This document shows, in pieces, positions 13,526 to 26,467 of a stretch of DNA of 64,000 bases (within the stretch, counting starts at the first letter, position 1; every line of letters begins with the position of its first letter). The stretch lies in assembly GCF_006345805.1 (NCBI RefSeq), contig NC_043001.1, positions 123,628,001 to 123,692,000 of the forward strand. The letters run 5' to 3'. Position numbers and translations under genes: made by a program. The notes below the pieces were generated by a model. That model made no database searches. It was not told the DNA's origin and was given only the letters and a program-made list of their open reading frames with translations. This stretch comes from Octopus sinensis. Taxonomy: Eukaryota.

Positions 13526-13945
13526 CCGCGCGGCTGATTAAAAATCCGGAGTACGCAATTAAGGCAGTATTTAACTAAAATGTTAACTATGTATCATGTT
13601 TAATGTATACACACTATCAATAGAACATTTACATTAGTGTTTGCTTAGAGATAACATCTCTTATAGAATTGGTGTGTTGAAAAAACAATATCAGGGAGAG
13701 AAATAAAATTTCAGCTCAGCAATGGTCAACAAGATGGCTAGATGCATTTCAGCCTCTTTGGTCTTTGTCGTCACCCTCAAACCAATAGATAAGTCCTGAT
13801 CGTACAGTCTTTTAGTGAAAAGAACTTTTAGCTGAAGCTATTTTTTCTTATGACAGATACGTTGCCTGTTTAGGACCGCCACATTTTGTTTCCGTACTGT
13901 TACTGTTTATCTCACGTTCAGAGATTTAATATAACTTATCTCTCT

Positions 13946-13980
<35 letters not shown>

Positions 13981-14013
13981 TATATTATCTACGCTTTAAA
14001 ATAACACCACAAG

Positions 14014-14118
14014 AACTGCTACTCAGAGTTTCGCGTTCCTTTTCGTCCGACAGTTGTGATCAAGAATCTTGATCACAACTGCCCGACGAACGGAAACGTG
14101 AAACTCAGATTAGCATCT
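14014..14118. ncRNA. Head-to-head inverted pair of degenerate type I HHRs
   Basis: Palindrome centred near 14066. Plus copy AACTGC-CCGACGA-ACG gaaa CGT-GAA-ACTCAGATT-A-GCATC; minus copy AACTGT-CGGACGA-...-GAA-ACTCTGAGT-A-GCAGTT. Confidence 0.7.
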
Positions 14119-14553
14119 TTCTGATGCTTTTAGAGCTTTAATAAAAGAAGAGAAAAAACAACATATTTCGCTACCTTTGGTATTGGAGTACTATTTACTC
14201 CTCCTTGCTTTGCATCTATGTGTTTACTCATCTATACGCGAACGCACACACACACACACACATTGACACGCACACAGACGTATGACATTATGTTACTAAA
14301 TAAGGTAAAGTAATATCTATCTTTATAAACTTACAATCATGATTATTTGAGAAGAGATTGGCAACAAAGGGAGATTATTTCTAGAGTCAAAGGATATGCA
14401 AATACAGCTCCTATTTCATTATGCCAACGACCGTCTAATGATACTGACTAGTGCATCAGTTTTGCGGAGTTGCATCAAATGATTATGATCAACCGGATAT
14501 CCAAGGATAATGCGATTATACTGCACTTATATATATATATATATATAATTCTA

Positions 14554-14780
14554 GGTGAGCTGGCAGAAACGCTAGCACGCCGGGCCAAATGCGTAGCCGT
14601 ATTTCGTGTGCCGTTACGCTCTGGGTTCAAAATTTCGCCGAGGTTGACTTTGCCTTTCATCCTTTCGGGGTTGATAAATTAAGTACCTGTTACGCACTGG
14701 GGTCGATGTAATCGACTTAATCCGTTTGTCTGTCCTTGCTTGTCCCCTGTGTTTAGCCCCTTGTGGGCAGTAAAGAAATA
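14554..14780 (+). mobile_element. tRNA-derived SINE family D
   Basis: GAGCTGGCAGAAACGCTAGC...GGGTTCAAAATT head; tail TTTAGCCCCTTGTGGGCAGTAAAGAAAT; several copies in window. Confidence 0.9.
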
Positions 14781-15472
14781 TATGTATATATATATATATA
14801 TGTATGCCCATACACATCAATACATACATATATACATGTATACATGCATGCATGCTTCTATCTATCTATCTATTTAACTATCTACCTATCTAACTATCTA
14901 CCTATATGTATGTAGATGTGTATATAAATACCGGACTCTTCCGTCGAAAACGACGTGTGAGTATCCAGGGAAATGAGAGAGAAAAAATCCAACCAGATAG
15001 ACAATCAAGAACACACAATTATTTTCCGTAGCATTCAACAATGTGTACAAATTATTCCCTTCAACTGGTGACTCCTCGTGTAAATACTCAGGTCACCAAA
15101 ATCAATATGGATATGAGCATAAACATGACTTATTAAACCGCTCGTAATCTACCTGCGAAATTGCAATGTGCACAATGGTGGTTTCTGGGAAGGCTGTTGT
15201 TCTCTTGGCTTCTTTTCCTGCTTTTCTGCCCGTGATCATGATGCTGTGACCTTTGTTATGTATTTATATGCGTATTTACCTTCAAAGATATATACATATA
15301 TATATGTGTGGGGTAGTGTTATATCAATTCAACTATCATTTCTGCTATACATATTTGACTAACAGGTGCACCTTTCAATACCTAATAGATCGCCACTTCA
15401 AGTAATGGTTATATCATGGAAACCGTCCTGACTTGATAATAGTGAAGTCGCTATGAATTAATAAAAGATAAA

Positions 15473-15860
15473 GGAGTGGCTGTGTGGTAAGTAGCTTATT
15501 TCCTAACCACATGGTTCCGGGTTCAGTCCCACTGCGTGGCACCTTGGCCAAGTGTCTTCTACTATAGCCTCGGGCCGACCAAAGCCTTGTGAGTGGATTT
15601 GGTAGACGGAAACTGAAAGAAGCCCGTCGTATATATGTATATATATATGTGTGTGTGTGTGTTTGTGTGTCTGTATTTGTCCCCCTAGCATTGCTTGACA
15701 ACCGATGCTGGTGTGTTTATGTCCCCGTTATTAGCGGTTCGGCAAAAGAGACCGATAGAATAAGTACTGCGCTTACAAAAGAATGAGTCCCGGGATCGAG
15801 TTGCTCGATTAAAGGCGGCGCTCCAGCATGGCCGCAGTCAAATGACTGAAACAAATAAAA
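15473..15860 (+). mobile_element. SINE family A
   Basis: Near-identical to 1469-1870. Confidence 0.9.
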
Positions 15861-16474
15861 GCGTAAAAGAGTAAAGAGTATATGGAGGCATATCTATACC
15901 GATTACCTGTGATTTTTAAAAGATTCTATAATATTTATTTCTTATCCAACCTCAATCATATTTGGGGTAGGGGAATGCATGTTTATATAACCCTCTATTA
16001 CTTGATTGGAAGATTATTTTATTCAACTTGGGAGAATAGATGTCGAATTTGGCATCGGATCCAAATGTGAAAGAGTCGCATTTGAATAAAATACAGCATT
16101 TTGTCTAATTATCGATTCTTCCAAACAACTACCATTGGAAATTACATAATATAGAACACATTGTTGATTATATAATTCCAGGAGTAACGTTTGACCAATT
16201 GAAGAGGATTGCGCTTTCATTATTCACTTGTCTGCAAACATTCAAGCGGCTTTGTATAATTGCAAGCCAAATGAAGTATTGCCAATACACACAATAAAGT
16301 GTATGTCCCTTGATGATGTCTTTAGTATTGTTTGATAAATAAGCTGTGATAAATGAGCTGAAGAAACTGATACGTCGATTTTCAAACCAAACTGTCCATG
16401 ATTCTGTTCATTACTCTACAGCAGAATATTTTTGGATACATTTATGCATTCACAAACCCTGATACATTGGTCGC

Positions 16475-16670
16475 TCTAATGCTGTAGTTAACGCACATGG
16501 ATATCGCACATGTACACTAACAGGGACCTGTATTGTCCGAAAAATGCTGATCGAGAATTTTGAAAATGCCGATCGAAAATTTAAGAATTCTCGATCGGCA
16601 TTTTTCGGATAATTAAGGTCCCTGTTAGTGTTTACATGCAAGATTCATGTGCGTTAACTAGAACATTAGA
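16475..16670. mobile_element. Palindromic MITE-like foldback (~196 bp)
   Basis: ~90-bp inverted arms (TCTAATG..TAGTTAACGCACATG.. / ..CATGTGCGTTAACTAGAACATTAGA) around a short spacer. Confidence 0.75.
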
Positions 16671-16731
16671 ACACTTTAGTTCTTATGTCTAGCAATATAG
16701 GTGTTTCCTAGAACCATAGTCACATTCAGTT

Positions 16732-17070
16732 GTGAAGGCGCATGGCTCAGTGGTTAGAGCGTCGAGCTTACGATCGTGAGGTTGTGAGCTCGAATCCCGG
16801 ATCGGGCTGCGTGTTGTGTTCTTGAGCAAGGCACTTTATTTCACGTTGCTCCAGTTCACTCAGCTGTAGAAATGAGTTGCGACGTCACTGGTGCCAAGCT
16901 GTATCGGCCCCTTTGCCTTTCCCTTGGATAACACTGGTGGTGTGGGGAGGGGAGGCCGGTATGCATGGGCGACTGCTGGTCTTCCATAAACAACCTTGCC
17001 CGGACTTGTGTCTAGGAGGATAACTTTCTAGGTGCAATCCCATGGTCATTCATGACCGAAGGGGGTCTTT
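16732..17070 (+). mobile_element. tRNA-derived SINE family B (full length)
   Basis: A box TGGCTCAGTGG, B box GCTCGAATCCC; central GTGTTCTTGAGCAAGGCACTT; ends GACCGAAGGGGGTCTTT. Confidence 0.9.
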
Positions 17071-17078
17071 ACCATTTT

Positions 17079-17099
<21 letters not shown>

Positions 17100-17111
<12 letters not shown>

Positions 17112-17266
17112 CATGTGTTTGTGTGTGTGTGTGTATGTATGTATGTATATATCTATGTATATATATATATATATAATATATATATATATATGTAGGTCCG
17201 GGTTGATTCGGATGAAACAGTTCTAGTCCTGTAGAAGCTCCTTCTATATAATATATATATATATAT

Positions 17267-17299
<33 letters not shown>

Positions 17300-17307
17300 C
17301 ATGTGTT

Positions 17308-17340
<33 letters not shown>

Positions 17341-17422
17341 ATATCTATGTATATATATATATATATATGTAGGTCCCGGGTTGATTCGGATGAAACAGTT
17401 CTAGTCCTGTAGAAGCTCCTTC

Positions 17423-17470
<48 letters not shown>
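17100..17470. repeat. ~180-bp tandem duplication of microsatellite plus a 58-bp unique core
   Basis: TGTAGGTCC(C)GGGTTGATTCGGATGAAACAGTTCTAGTCCTGTAGAAGCTCCTTCT at 17191 and 17368. Confidence 0.85.
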
Positions 17471-17477
<7 letters not shown>

Positions 17478-18494
17478 GTATGAAAAGGAAGTGTCATAAT
17501 GCTATTCCACATATACAAAACAGCCATACCGACAATCCAAGATACCTCCATCATTAGCTGATCCACGGATATCATTATGGTTTCGACACCTGGGCAGTAC
17601 CATTGAATCCGGCGGTGTCAACAGCACTAAGATAAGAATTGTTTGGGAACAAACATACCAAAGAAACTACAACTTTGTAACACATTTACTCTATGTACAA
17701 CAGTATCAGCGAATAAATTCCAATAAGTAAATTAATAACCAACTCCTAAATATGTAACTAAACAGCGACCAAATGTTTAAGTCATACATTGTATTCCTTA
17801 CAGTCTCCCATGGTATAATATAAAAATGAAAGCTTAATAACCACATTCATTCAATCTAAATATAGGCTGGATTAAACACTAACTATAAAATTAAACTACA
17901 ACAAAGTAACATATAAATCTATGTACATCTGTTTCGGTATTAAAAGTAAACCTACAAAAACTAAATTATATTCGAAATAGCGACAAATAATAATCCCACC
18001 AGTCTTCCATAGTTACTACTATAATTAAAAAAAGGGAAAGATTTATTTCAATTCTCTCTAAAACAAAACACGAATGAATTTAACTTAACGAATAATATAA
18101 TAATTATGAGTGAAATACATTATTTCGCAATTCAAAAGTTAATATTAAAACACTATATACTCATTAATATATATTACCCATACAAACCCTAATGTAAACT
18201 TACTAGTAACTAATAGAAACATTAAATTTATTAAACAGGAACTGTAAATAACTATTATTATAAAACCTTACTACGATTAAAGCTAAATTAAAACTGTTTA
18301 AAAGTAAATAAATCAACAAAGAATTAACACTTACATGGTTTTTTAAACCGCTTGTTTCCGTCATCTCTGGTACTTAAAAGATTATCTTAACTATAAATAA
18401 CGTAGTACTTAATTACTACTTCCTCAACTGTCTCAAACAATATTGGTGACGTAGTAAGAAAATAACTTGAATCGTAAATATTGCAAATCTTTAC

Positions 18495-18960
18495 AAATAT
18501 TTGCTAAGTTGAAGAATAGATACTACCCTGTATTTATTTAAAATTTCAAGTCTCCCAACTAAACAGCAATTGAATGTTTTTAACCAATTTACTTTATCTA
18601 TACCCTTGTTTCGCTAACAGTTTATTTATTCTATCCAAAAATTTATTAGCATTATTAATACTATATCTAAAAATTTGCTCTGCAAAAACACCATAACAAA
18701 TAAAAGAAGGAATTCTACTCCTGAACCATGGCATTGAAGCCACTTGGGAACCAAACTCTTCTGTTTTATTATAAATGTCAGTACATATTTCATTATTATC
18801 CTTAATTACTACATTGACATCTAAATAATTAATATTCCTTATTTTGTTGCCATTTTTGCAGGCTATAAGCTCACTAGGTTGTATCTTTCTCAGTAAAAAT
18901 TCAAAGAAACCATAATTAGATATAAATGTATATATCTGAAAGACTTTGTGAAAATTACTT
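18495..18960 (-). mobile_element. PLE reverse transcriptase C-terminal fragment, Naiad/Chlamys-like
   Basis: Manual translation: FRYI(DD lost)...IQPSEL...INYLDVNVVI...TDIYNKTEEF..QVASMPWFRSRIPSFICYGVFAEQIFRY...LLAKQGY...LNKY; resembles the DKRDDF..FP..SNIP...YGV..SQL.RY thumb; no downstream GIY-YIG. Confidence 0.65.
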
Positions 18961-19269
18961 AATACAGTTTTTAAGTATAAAAGAGATGGAGTAAGTTCTT
19001 TAAAAACTTATTTTTAAAAAACAGTTCTAAAATCTTTTACCAGGATCTTACAAAACTTTTTTGGAAGAAATGTTTTCCTAGTATGTGAGTGCTTTCAAAC
19101 ATAGTAGTTTTCGTTAATGTATGAACGAGGAAGTTTCTATTTTTGTAGTAGTTGTAGTGTTAATTATTTCTGGTTTATTTTCTGACTTAGGGTTCTCATG
19201 AAGTATTCGTCATTTGTATTTTATAGTGAGTCATAAATATTCTTTTACCATTGTTTATTATATGGAGTA

Positions 19270-20870
19270 TTGGTTTGACTTCGGATTTAGAATTCTTATA
19301 AAGTATTCTTTTGCCTTTTGTAGTTGAACCTTTTCATCGTTTATTCTGTATAATGGGAATATTTAAAATTCTCCATAACTTGATGTTCACTGCATGGGAT
19401 ATTCCAGAGAGATGTATCCCTAATTTGTTGTTTTTGGACATTTACAGGACTGGTCAGTTTCCTTCCTGTCTCTCCAATGTCGTTTTCTTTGCATCGTGGG
19501 CATGTGATGCAGCAGATGAGGTTTTTGTTTTTCAATTCATGTTTGCATTCACTTTTAAATCCTTCCCATTCTTGAATCTTTTGATGTTCCTTTTCTGAGT
19601 TAATTCACTTATCCCACAACGAGGATCTCCACAGTTGCTTACTTGCATAGTTTCTTTTTGAAATGTGAACCGCGCCTTCGTTAGGAATCTCTTGAGGTTT
19701 AGTAGTTGTCTTCTGCTGTTGATAATTTGTGATCTTTTAATTATTCCTCAAAGACTTAGTGATTGATGTAGAATTGGGAGGTATCGTCAGGCTAAGTGCA
19801 TGATGTTGTGGCTTCTAGGATTGTGGGTATTTACAAATAGAATATTTGCATTTGTAATTTTGTTTTCATATCTAGCCTGAGTAATGTAGAGATCGGGATT
19901 TCTTTTGCTTTTGTTATGGCATGTTGAATTAACTTGGGTTAATTTTGTTTCTGAAGGAATATATTAAGTCGTTTCTCTCATCAAACGGTATTTGTTTGTG
20001 ATTGTTGAGAATATGCGCCTTGCCATGTTAAATTGTATGTTCCTTTTTGTATGGAACGGGTGGCAAGATCTATAATCTAAGTATTGGTTTGTTTCTGTGT
20101 TCTTGTAGTAGAAGTCAGTTGTAACTGTTTCATTTTCTATAATTATCAGAATATTCAGAAAGAGGAGTTCCTTTTCATTCATTTCCACAGTGAAATTTTG
20201 TAAAGTCGTCCTTCCCTTGGTTCCAAAATATGAAGCATACATCGAAGAACGTTTTCCAGTTTCCTATAATATATGTCTGGAAGTGGTGGTCAAAAGAAAT
20301 TCTGGATTTTCTGTTAGGAATCCCATTACTAGTGTGAACAATTACTAGTTGGTGCGACTTTCGTCCCCATTGCAGTGCCTTGAATTTGTTTATAATATTG
20401 ATTATCTAAGAAGTAGTTGTTTTTCAGTACCATCTGTAGACGCTCAAGTATAAATTCTTTGGAGAATCTCTCCTGAATCTTTTCTGGGTGTTTGTTTGTC
20501 AAGAATTCTACTGCTTCTAGTCCATATATATGTGGAATATTTGTGTAGAGACTAGTTACGTCAGCGCTAACTAGCATTATTTTTCATCTACCCGTTCTGG
20601 GACATGGTTTAAGATATCCATGCCATCTCTGATGAAACTGGGAGCTAACATGCATTAAGGTTTTTAAATAATGTCAAACAAGCTACTTAATCTTTGGGTG
20701 CTTGATGCTGGTCCTGCAACATTCGGACGTAATTTGAGATCAGTTGGTTTGAGAATCTTTACATATGGAGTAAAGGTGTATTTTAATCTGTTGCTTATCT
20801 ATTTGGATTTATGGATTTTAGGAAGTCCATAAAAGTTACTCGCTTTCAATTCTAAATTAGTGACAATTCA
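19270..20870 (-). mobile_element. Penelope-like retroelement, RT followed by GIY-YIG, decayed
   Basis: FYGLPKIHKS, LRPNVAGP, SADVTSLYTNIP, QIQGTAMGTKVAP, TDFYYK.T.TNQYLDYRSCHP, NLICCITCPRC..IGETGR, EYFIRILNPK; many stops and frameshifts. Confidence 0.92.
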
Positions 20871-21354
20871 TCCTGTTCAGAAAACGTCGATCAACGCTTT
20901 TCCATAGTAGCGAGCTAAGCACGCCGAGCAAATCCGCTTGGCAAAGATTGACCTTGAATTCTGCTGTGTATGTGCACTAAATGTTAACGTTCTAGCTCAC
21001 TTTCGTCGTTTACAACAGTGCTTGGAAGGAAGGTGTGTAGCGTGTGATCATCGCAATGACCATGACGGAAAAAAATTGAGGAGAGAATCTGCATAAAATT
21101 TTGACAAAAGCTTGGTGATACCTGTTCAGAGACCTACGCGACGTTTTCAAAAAGTTTTTCATCGTTCTCGACACAAGCAAGGTGGATTTGGAAAATTAAA
21201 ATGAATAAGCAAGAGGCACATGCTGGATTGGCCTTGTGTTTATATGATTAATCTTGGTGTACCGGTTGACGAAGACCCCGCCTAGCAAATTATTTTATTT
21301 GTTAAAAAGGTCAGAAACCATGGTCCAGGAAATAGATGGTAAATGTTTTTATTG

Positions 21355-21638
21355 TTCATTCCCTTCGAGATTTGATCCCTAATTAGTGGTTTGGATTTTA
21401 AGTGTTCCTTCTAGCGTAACGGAGTCCTATGATGGATACCTTTTAATGTGTTTAAATGTACACTGTATTTTATATGAATAATATATAGTCTATTGACTAA
21501 TTTTTCTATATGCTAGGCGACTGATAATAAACATTTCTAAAATATTTATTACCCTGATATTATTAATTATGTATATATATATATTTTTTCTCTCTAGTTC
21601 CAGCTCAGAGCTGCGGCCTTGCTAATGCACGTCGTTAA

Positions 21639-21714
<76 letters not shown>

Positions 21715-21931
21715 ATTAATAATATCAGGGTAATAACGATTTTAGAAAGTTTTACTACCAGTGGCTTAGCGTATAGAAAAATTAGTCAATAGTCAAAGAC
21801 TATATATTATTCATATAAAATACAGTGTACATTTAAACATTAAAATGTATCAATCATAGGACTGCCTTACGCTAAAAGAAACAGCTAAAGTTCAAACCAC
21901 TATTTAGGGATAAAATCTCGAAGGGAATGAA
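21355..21931. repeat. Long inverted repeat (~220-bp arms) with (TA)n-rich spacer
   Basis: 21355-21575 is the reverse complement of 21706-21931 at roughly 80-85% identity by eye. Confidence 0.9.
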
Positions 21932-22185
21932 AAATTATAATATATGTATATATATATATTTATATTATAAAGACAACGACACAAATTCAGTGCCGACAGG
22001 TATGTAAGAAATGCATCTCGTTGCAAGGATACAAGTATAATTACCTACCTACGTACCTACCTACCTACCTACCTACCTACCTACCTACCTACCTACCTAC
22101 ATACATACATACATACATACATACATACATACATTCATACATACGTCCATACATACGTATGTACATGTATACACACATACTTACA

Positions 22186-22480
22186 CAGGAGATCAGCTGG
22201 CTTCTTGACATGAATGTAGTTAGAAATGTAGAAAAGAAAGAAGATATCTATGGACCATTGATAAGGTGTTTGCAAATGCAGTACCCAAGTTACACGTTCC
22301 ACTTCATACTTATTATTCTTGGAGTAACATGATACCTACCCATTATTACTGGAGCAATAGGTTACATACCTGAATGTGGAACCTTGGGTTAAGAATCAAA
22401 CCCTTAATTCGTATGCTCTCAATGATCACGGTATCTGGGACTATAAAAATCTGTAAGACCTTGAGATTTAAAAGGTGACA
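22186..22480 (+). mobile_element. 3' fragment of an RLE-type non-LTR retrotransposon
   Basis: NVVRNVEKKEDIYGPLIRCLQMQYPSY.F...PIITGAIG...LIRML....SGTIKICKT; abuts a (CTAC)n(ATAC)n tract. Confidence 0.65.
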
Positions 22481-23011
22481 GTTAAGACAAGTTACTTTCC
22501 TTTCTAACCTTGCTATCAAGTAGGTGGCAGATCAAAAGAAAGCGAAAACCATACATTCTCACATGCATATATATACATGCATACTTACATAATACAGGCA
22601 TACATACACAAATGGATGCATGTATATTTGTTTTCTTGAACCTGCGGCCAAACTGAGGTACTGCCCAAAATGGTTTAGTTTAAGCATATTGTCACTAGTA
22701 CTTATATTTTAAAGCCTGCTATTTTTCTCTATCCAGTATTTTCCTAGATAACAGGGAATTTAAACAATCCACAACGGGTTGCGAAACAGTGGCAGTCAAA
22801 CAAGACAGGCACATGAACATATACATGGACACTCGCCCCACCCCATATATGTATATCATTTATATATATATATATATATATTTATATATGTGTGTGTATG
22901 TGCATGTGTGTGTGTGCAGTCAATTCAAATAAGCGAACAATAAAAGTAACCAACAGACGAGAGAACGTGAACAAGGAATGTGTATGCTTGACGTTCAGTA
23001 AAAGGGGAGAG

Positions 23012-23048
23012 CTTTTGACGTTTCGAGTATAGCTCTTCGTCGGACAGG
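23012..23048 (-). ncRNA. Degenerate minimal HHR in a PLE-like remnant
   Basis: CCGACGA-A-GAG ctata CTC-GAA-ACGT-C-AAAAG; U4 changed to C, stem I decayed. Confidence 0.55.
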
Positions 23049-24059
23049 AAATAAAGATAACTCCAGAGAAGGAAGGAAATCACCAACATACATGCATATA
23101 TGACTAGTTATTTAGTCAATGTATTATATCTATAATATGATCTACAAATGGATAGATGGGGGTGAACTTTAAGATGAACTCAAGTTTCTCTAGAGTATGT
23201 TCCAAAGTCTTTTCCCTCTTTTATTTATGTAGAACTCTTTGTGGTGAATATCAAAAGCATAAATTGCTAGGTGGTTGAATGGTAAGAATTTGTGATAAAA
23301 CAGACATTGCATTCTACGTTAACAGCGTGAATTATTTTAATGAGAATTCTTCTATTCCTGGCTTCACTTACCTTTTTGGTGCTTAATGCTTCATTGATAA
23401 ATTACTGTTTCAGACTATTTGCATTCGGCATTTGCATTTTGTTCCATATTCAAATAGAACAAGCATTCGGTATATTTACAACATTAGATGTATTATGTAC
23501 CAAAGAAATTTAAATAACAGGTTTTTAAATAATACACTGCCTAGCGTAACATTTAATGGTGGGAGGCTTGCCAACACAGTTTAATCATATTTAAAGGCAA
23601 CAATTGTATTCAAGTTCCTCGACCTCTTGTAAAAAGAATACACTCCACGTGATATAGTCGTCTGCTACAAAGCTGTCTGTAACCCTGATCTATATTCTTT
23701 TTTCTCTTCGAGGATGACCGACATTTTAAAGCAATTACTAAGATTATATTAGTGCAAATTCACACACCCACACCCACACACACACGTGTGTGTATTCAAA
23801 ACAGATCAAGATAGCGTCCATTTTTATTGGTGAACATATGAAAAAGTTCCTTTTATACACTTGCCTTGAAAATTATAAATCAATGTCTATACAATGGTTG
23901 ATACGAAAATATGCATACACGCTGTATGACATGTGTATCTGTCTGTGAGTCTGCCTATGTCAATCTGCCTGTCTGTCTATCCGTCTGTCCGTTCGTCCGT
24001 CCGTGCGGCCGTCTGTCTATCTATCTATATGTCTATCTATCTATATATTTATATATCTA

Positions 24060-24133
<74 letters not shown>

Positions 24134-24764
24134 GATGACCCCTATGACTTGTCAACTGATGATGTATAATTACATGTGGTTGGAGAGGTGTAATAAGTCT
24201 GAAATATGCCAGTTGCTCACACCAGTTGGTTCTAAGCATTACATTCGTCCAAATGGTCTGCTCAACAGATATTATTGGACTTATCTCTATTACACACTTT
24301 TACTGGATGCTTAAACAGCCTTAGAGGGATATTCTGGCTGCTAATCGCTTGGATAATTTTAGTCGATTGAATATCGTCTACTGAGCATATTACATAAGCG
24401 AAAACCAACAATATATGCATACCCACAAACTCTCCTTTTTTCTCCCTCACACACACATAACGACAAACACACCCACACACAAACACACACACAAACACAC
24501 TCACGCACGAACATATACACACACATATATACATATATATGAGTATGTATATGTGTGTATTTGTACATATATATATGTATATATATGTATATAATTATAC
24601 ATATGCATATATGAGTATTTATATGTTTATATATATATAAACATATACATACACATATGTATATGCACATATACACGCAAATACATTTATATATATATAT
24701 ATACATATATACATACATACATACACATATATATACATACATACATACTTATATATATATATAT

Positions 24765-24835
<71 letters not shown>

Positions 24836-26187
24836 GCATATATATATATATACACGTACATATATATATATATGTGTGTGTCTGAGTGTGTCAGTGTGTG
24901 TGTATATAAGGCGAGGGTGGGGAATGGAAAATAGGATGTTTTACACACGGACGCTTCTAGAAATACAGAATTACAGACGTACATATATACACTATGTAAA
25001 GAATTTCGCCCACATTCCACGGTTTTATTTATCTGATTTGTATTCATAATATGCAGTTCAGTACATCAAAGCAATACAATTATTCATGTATGTACATGTA
25101 TGTGCGTTTGTGTGTATATGTGTGTGGCTGTGTATGTATGTGTGTGTATGCATGTGTATGTATGTGTGTGTAGGCGCGAGAGAGTGTGTGTGTGTGTGTG
25201 TGTACGATATGTGCATAACTTCTTATACAGCGACATGTAAGAGATCTAGAAATGTTTTTATATTCATTAAATATGAATGATAATTAAGTGAAGCAACTAC
25301 ATACATCAGATACAATCAAACGATCAACTTAAAAATTTCTTTTTTTCTCTCTTTAATTCTCACCACTCGCTCTGTTAAGGTCATGTTGCCTTTTCACTAT
25401 TGATCTCAATATTACGTACAACAGCCTCTGTGTATTTTCTCTTGCTTTTCTCAGCTCTTGTTATTGCTTAGCTACGAAGTCAGCCATGATTGAACATACA
25501 CGTTATAAAAAGGCATCCCAGTCGTAATCATGCCACCGTTTTGTATATCTGGAACCGCAATGTCCAATATGATATTTTAGGGACATCAAGGGTGTGATTT
25601 GAATGAATTTGGTTGTTATATTTTGCATTTCGACCTACCCCGCAGATGTTCCTGCGTCTGCATTCAATTCTTTTCGTTTGTGGACTTAATCGAATGCTCG
25701 CTATAACTTCTATCCATATCTCTTATTTACTCTTTCTTTCTCTCGCTTCCTTTATACACGGAAAAGCATGACTGGAGAAATTAAATATAAGAAAAACGAA
25801 AATTTATATTGGCTATTAACAAACAGAAAAGTGGGATCCTCGTCATATGATGCGTACTTTCAAATGAAAATTATTCGTTATCTTAGAATAATGTTAGATA
25901 AACTAAAATTCTCATTTGTATAATTGCTGCCATAACTACTGCCATTTACTCTGTCTCTTCTTCTCCTTTGCTCCGTTCTCTGTTAATTTTTCTCCTACTC
26001 GACAGTCTCTAGATTTTTCTGTTGCATTGTATGTAAGTGTGCTACCTTTCTTTACTCATTGCCTGCCCTTAAGCCTAGTATGTGTACCCATCACGCTCCT
26101 CTTATGTTAAATATATATCGCTCGTTTACTCTCTTCCTCAGTATATGTGATATAAAATTTGAGAGGAGGAATGGAAAAACTATTATT

Positions 26188-26271
<84 letters not shown>

Positions 26272-26409
26272 AATATATATATATATATGTCTGTCTTTAT
26301 GTCTGTCTATTTATCTATCTGTGTGTCTGCCTGTCTGCCTGCGTGTCTGTCTGCCTGTATGTCGGTTTTTCTGATTATCTCTCTCTCTCTATCTATCTAT
26401 CGATGTGTG

Positions 26410-26467
<58 letters not shown>

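Noticed and set aside
16732-16810. tRNA-like sequences with A/B boxes (also 50487-50553, 57206, 61442)
   Set aside because: No acceptor stem closure, and they continue into repeated SINE bodies; not functional tRNA genes
17560-18495. SECIS or selenocysteine recoding for the Naiad-like RT, and an HHR near 17565-17615
   Set aside because: No in-frame TGA seen in the readable RT part and no convincing SECIS by eye; the HHR-like string (CTGTTGACACC...GGTGTCGAAACC) has a broken core and no stem I
23530-23720. Possible LINE RT scraps (also 43290-43520, 45240-45400 and 52745-53000)
   Set aside because: Only faint motif resemblance in broken frames; cannot be supported without a search
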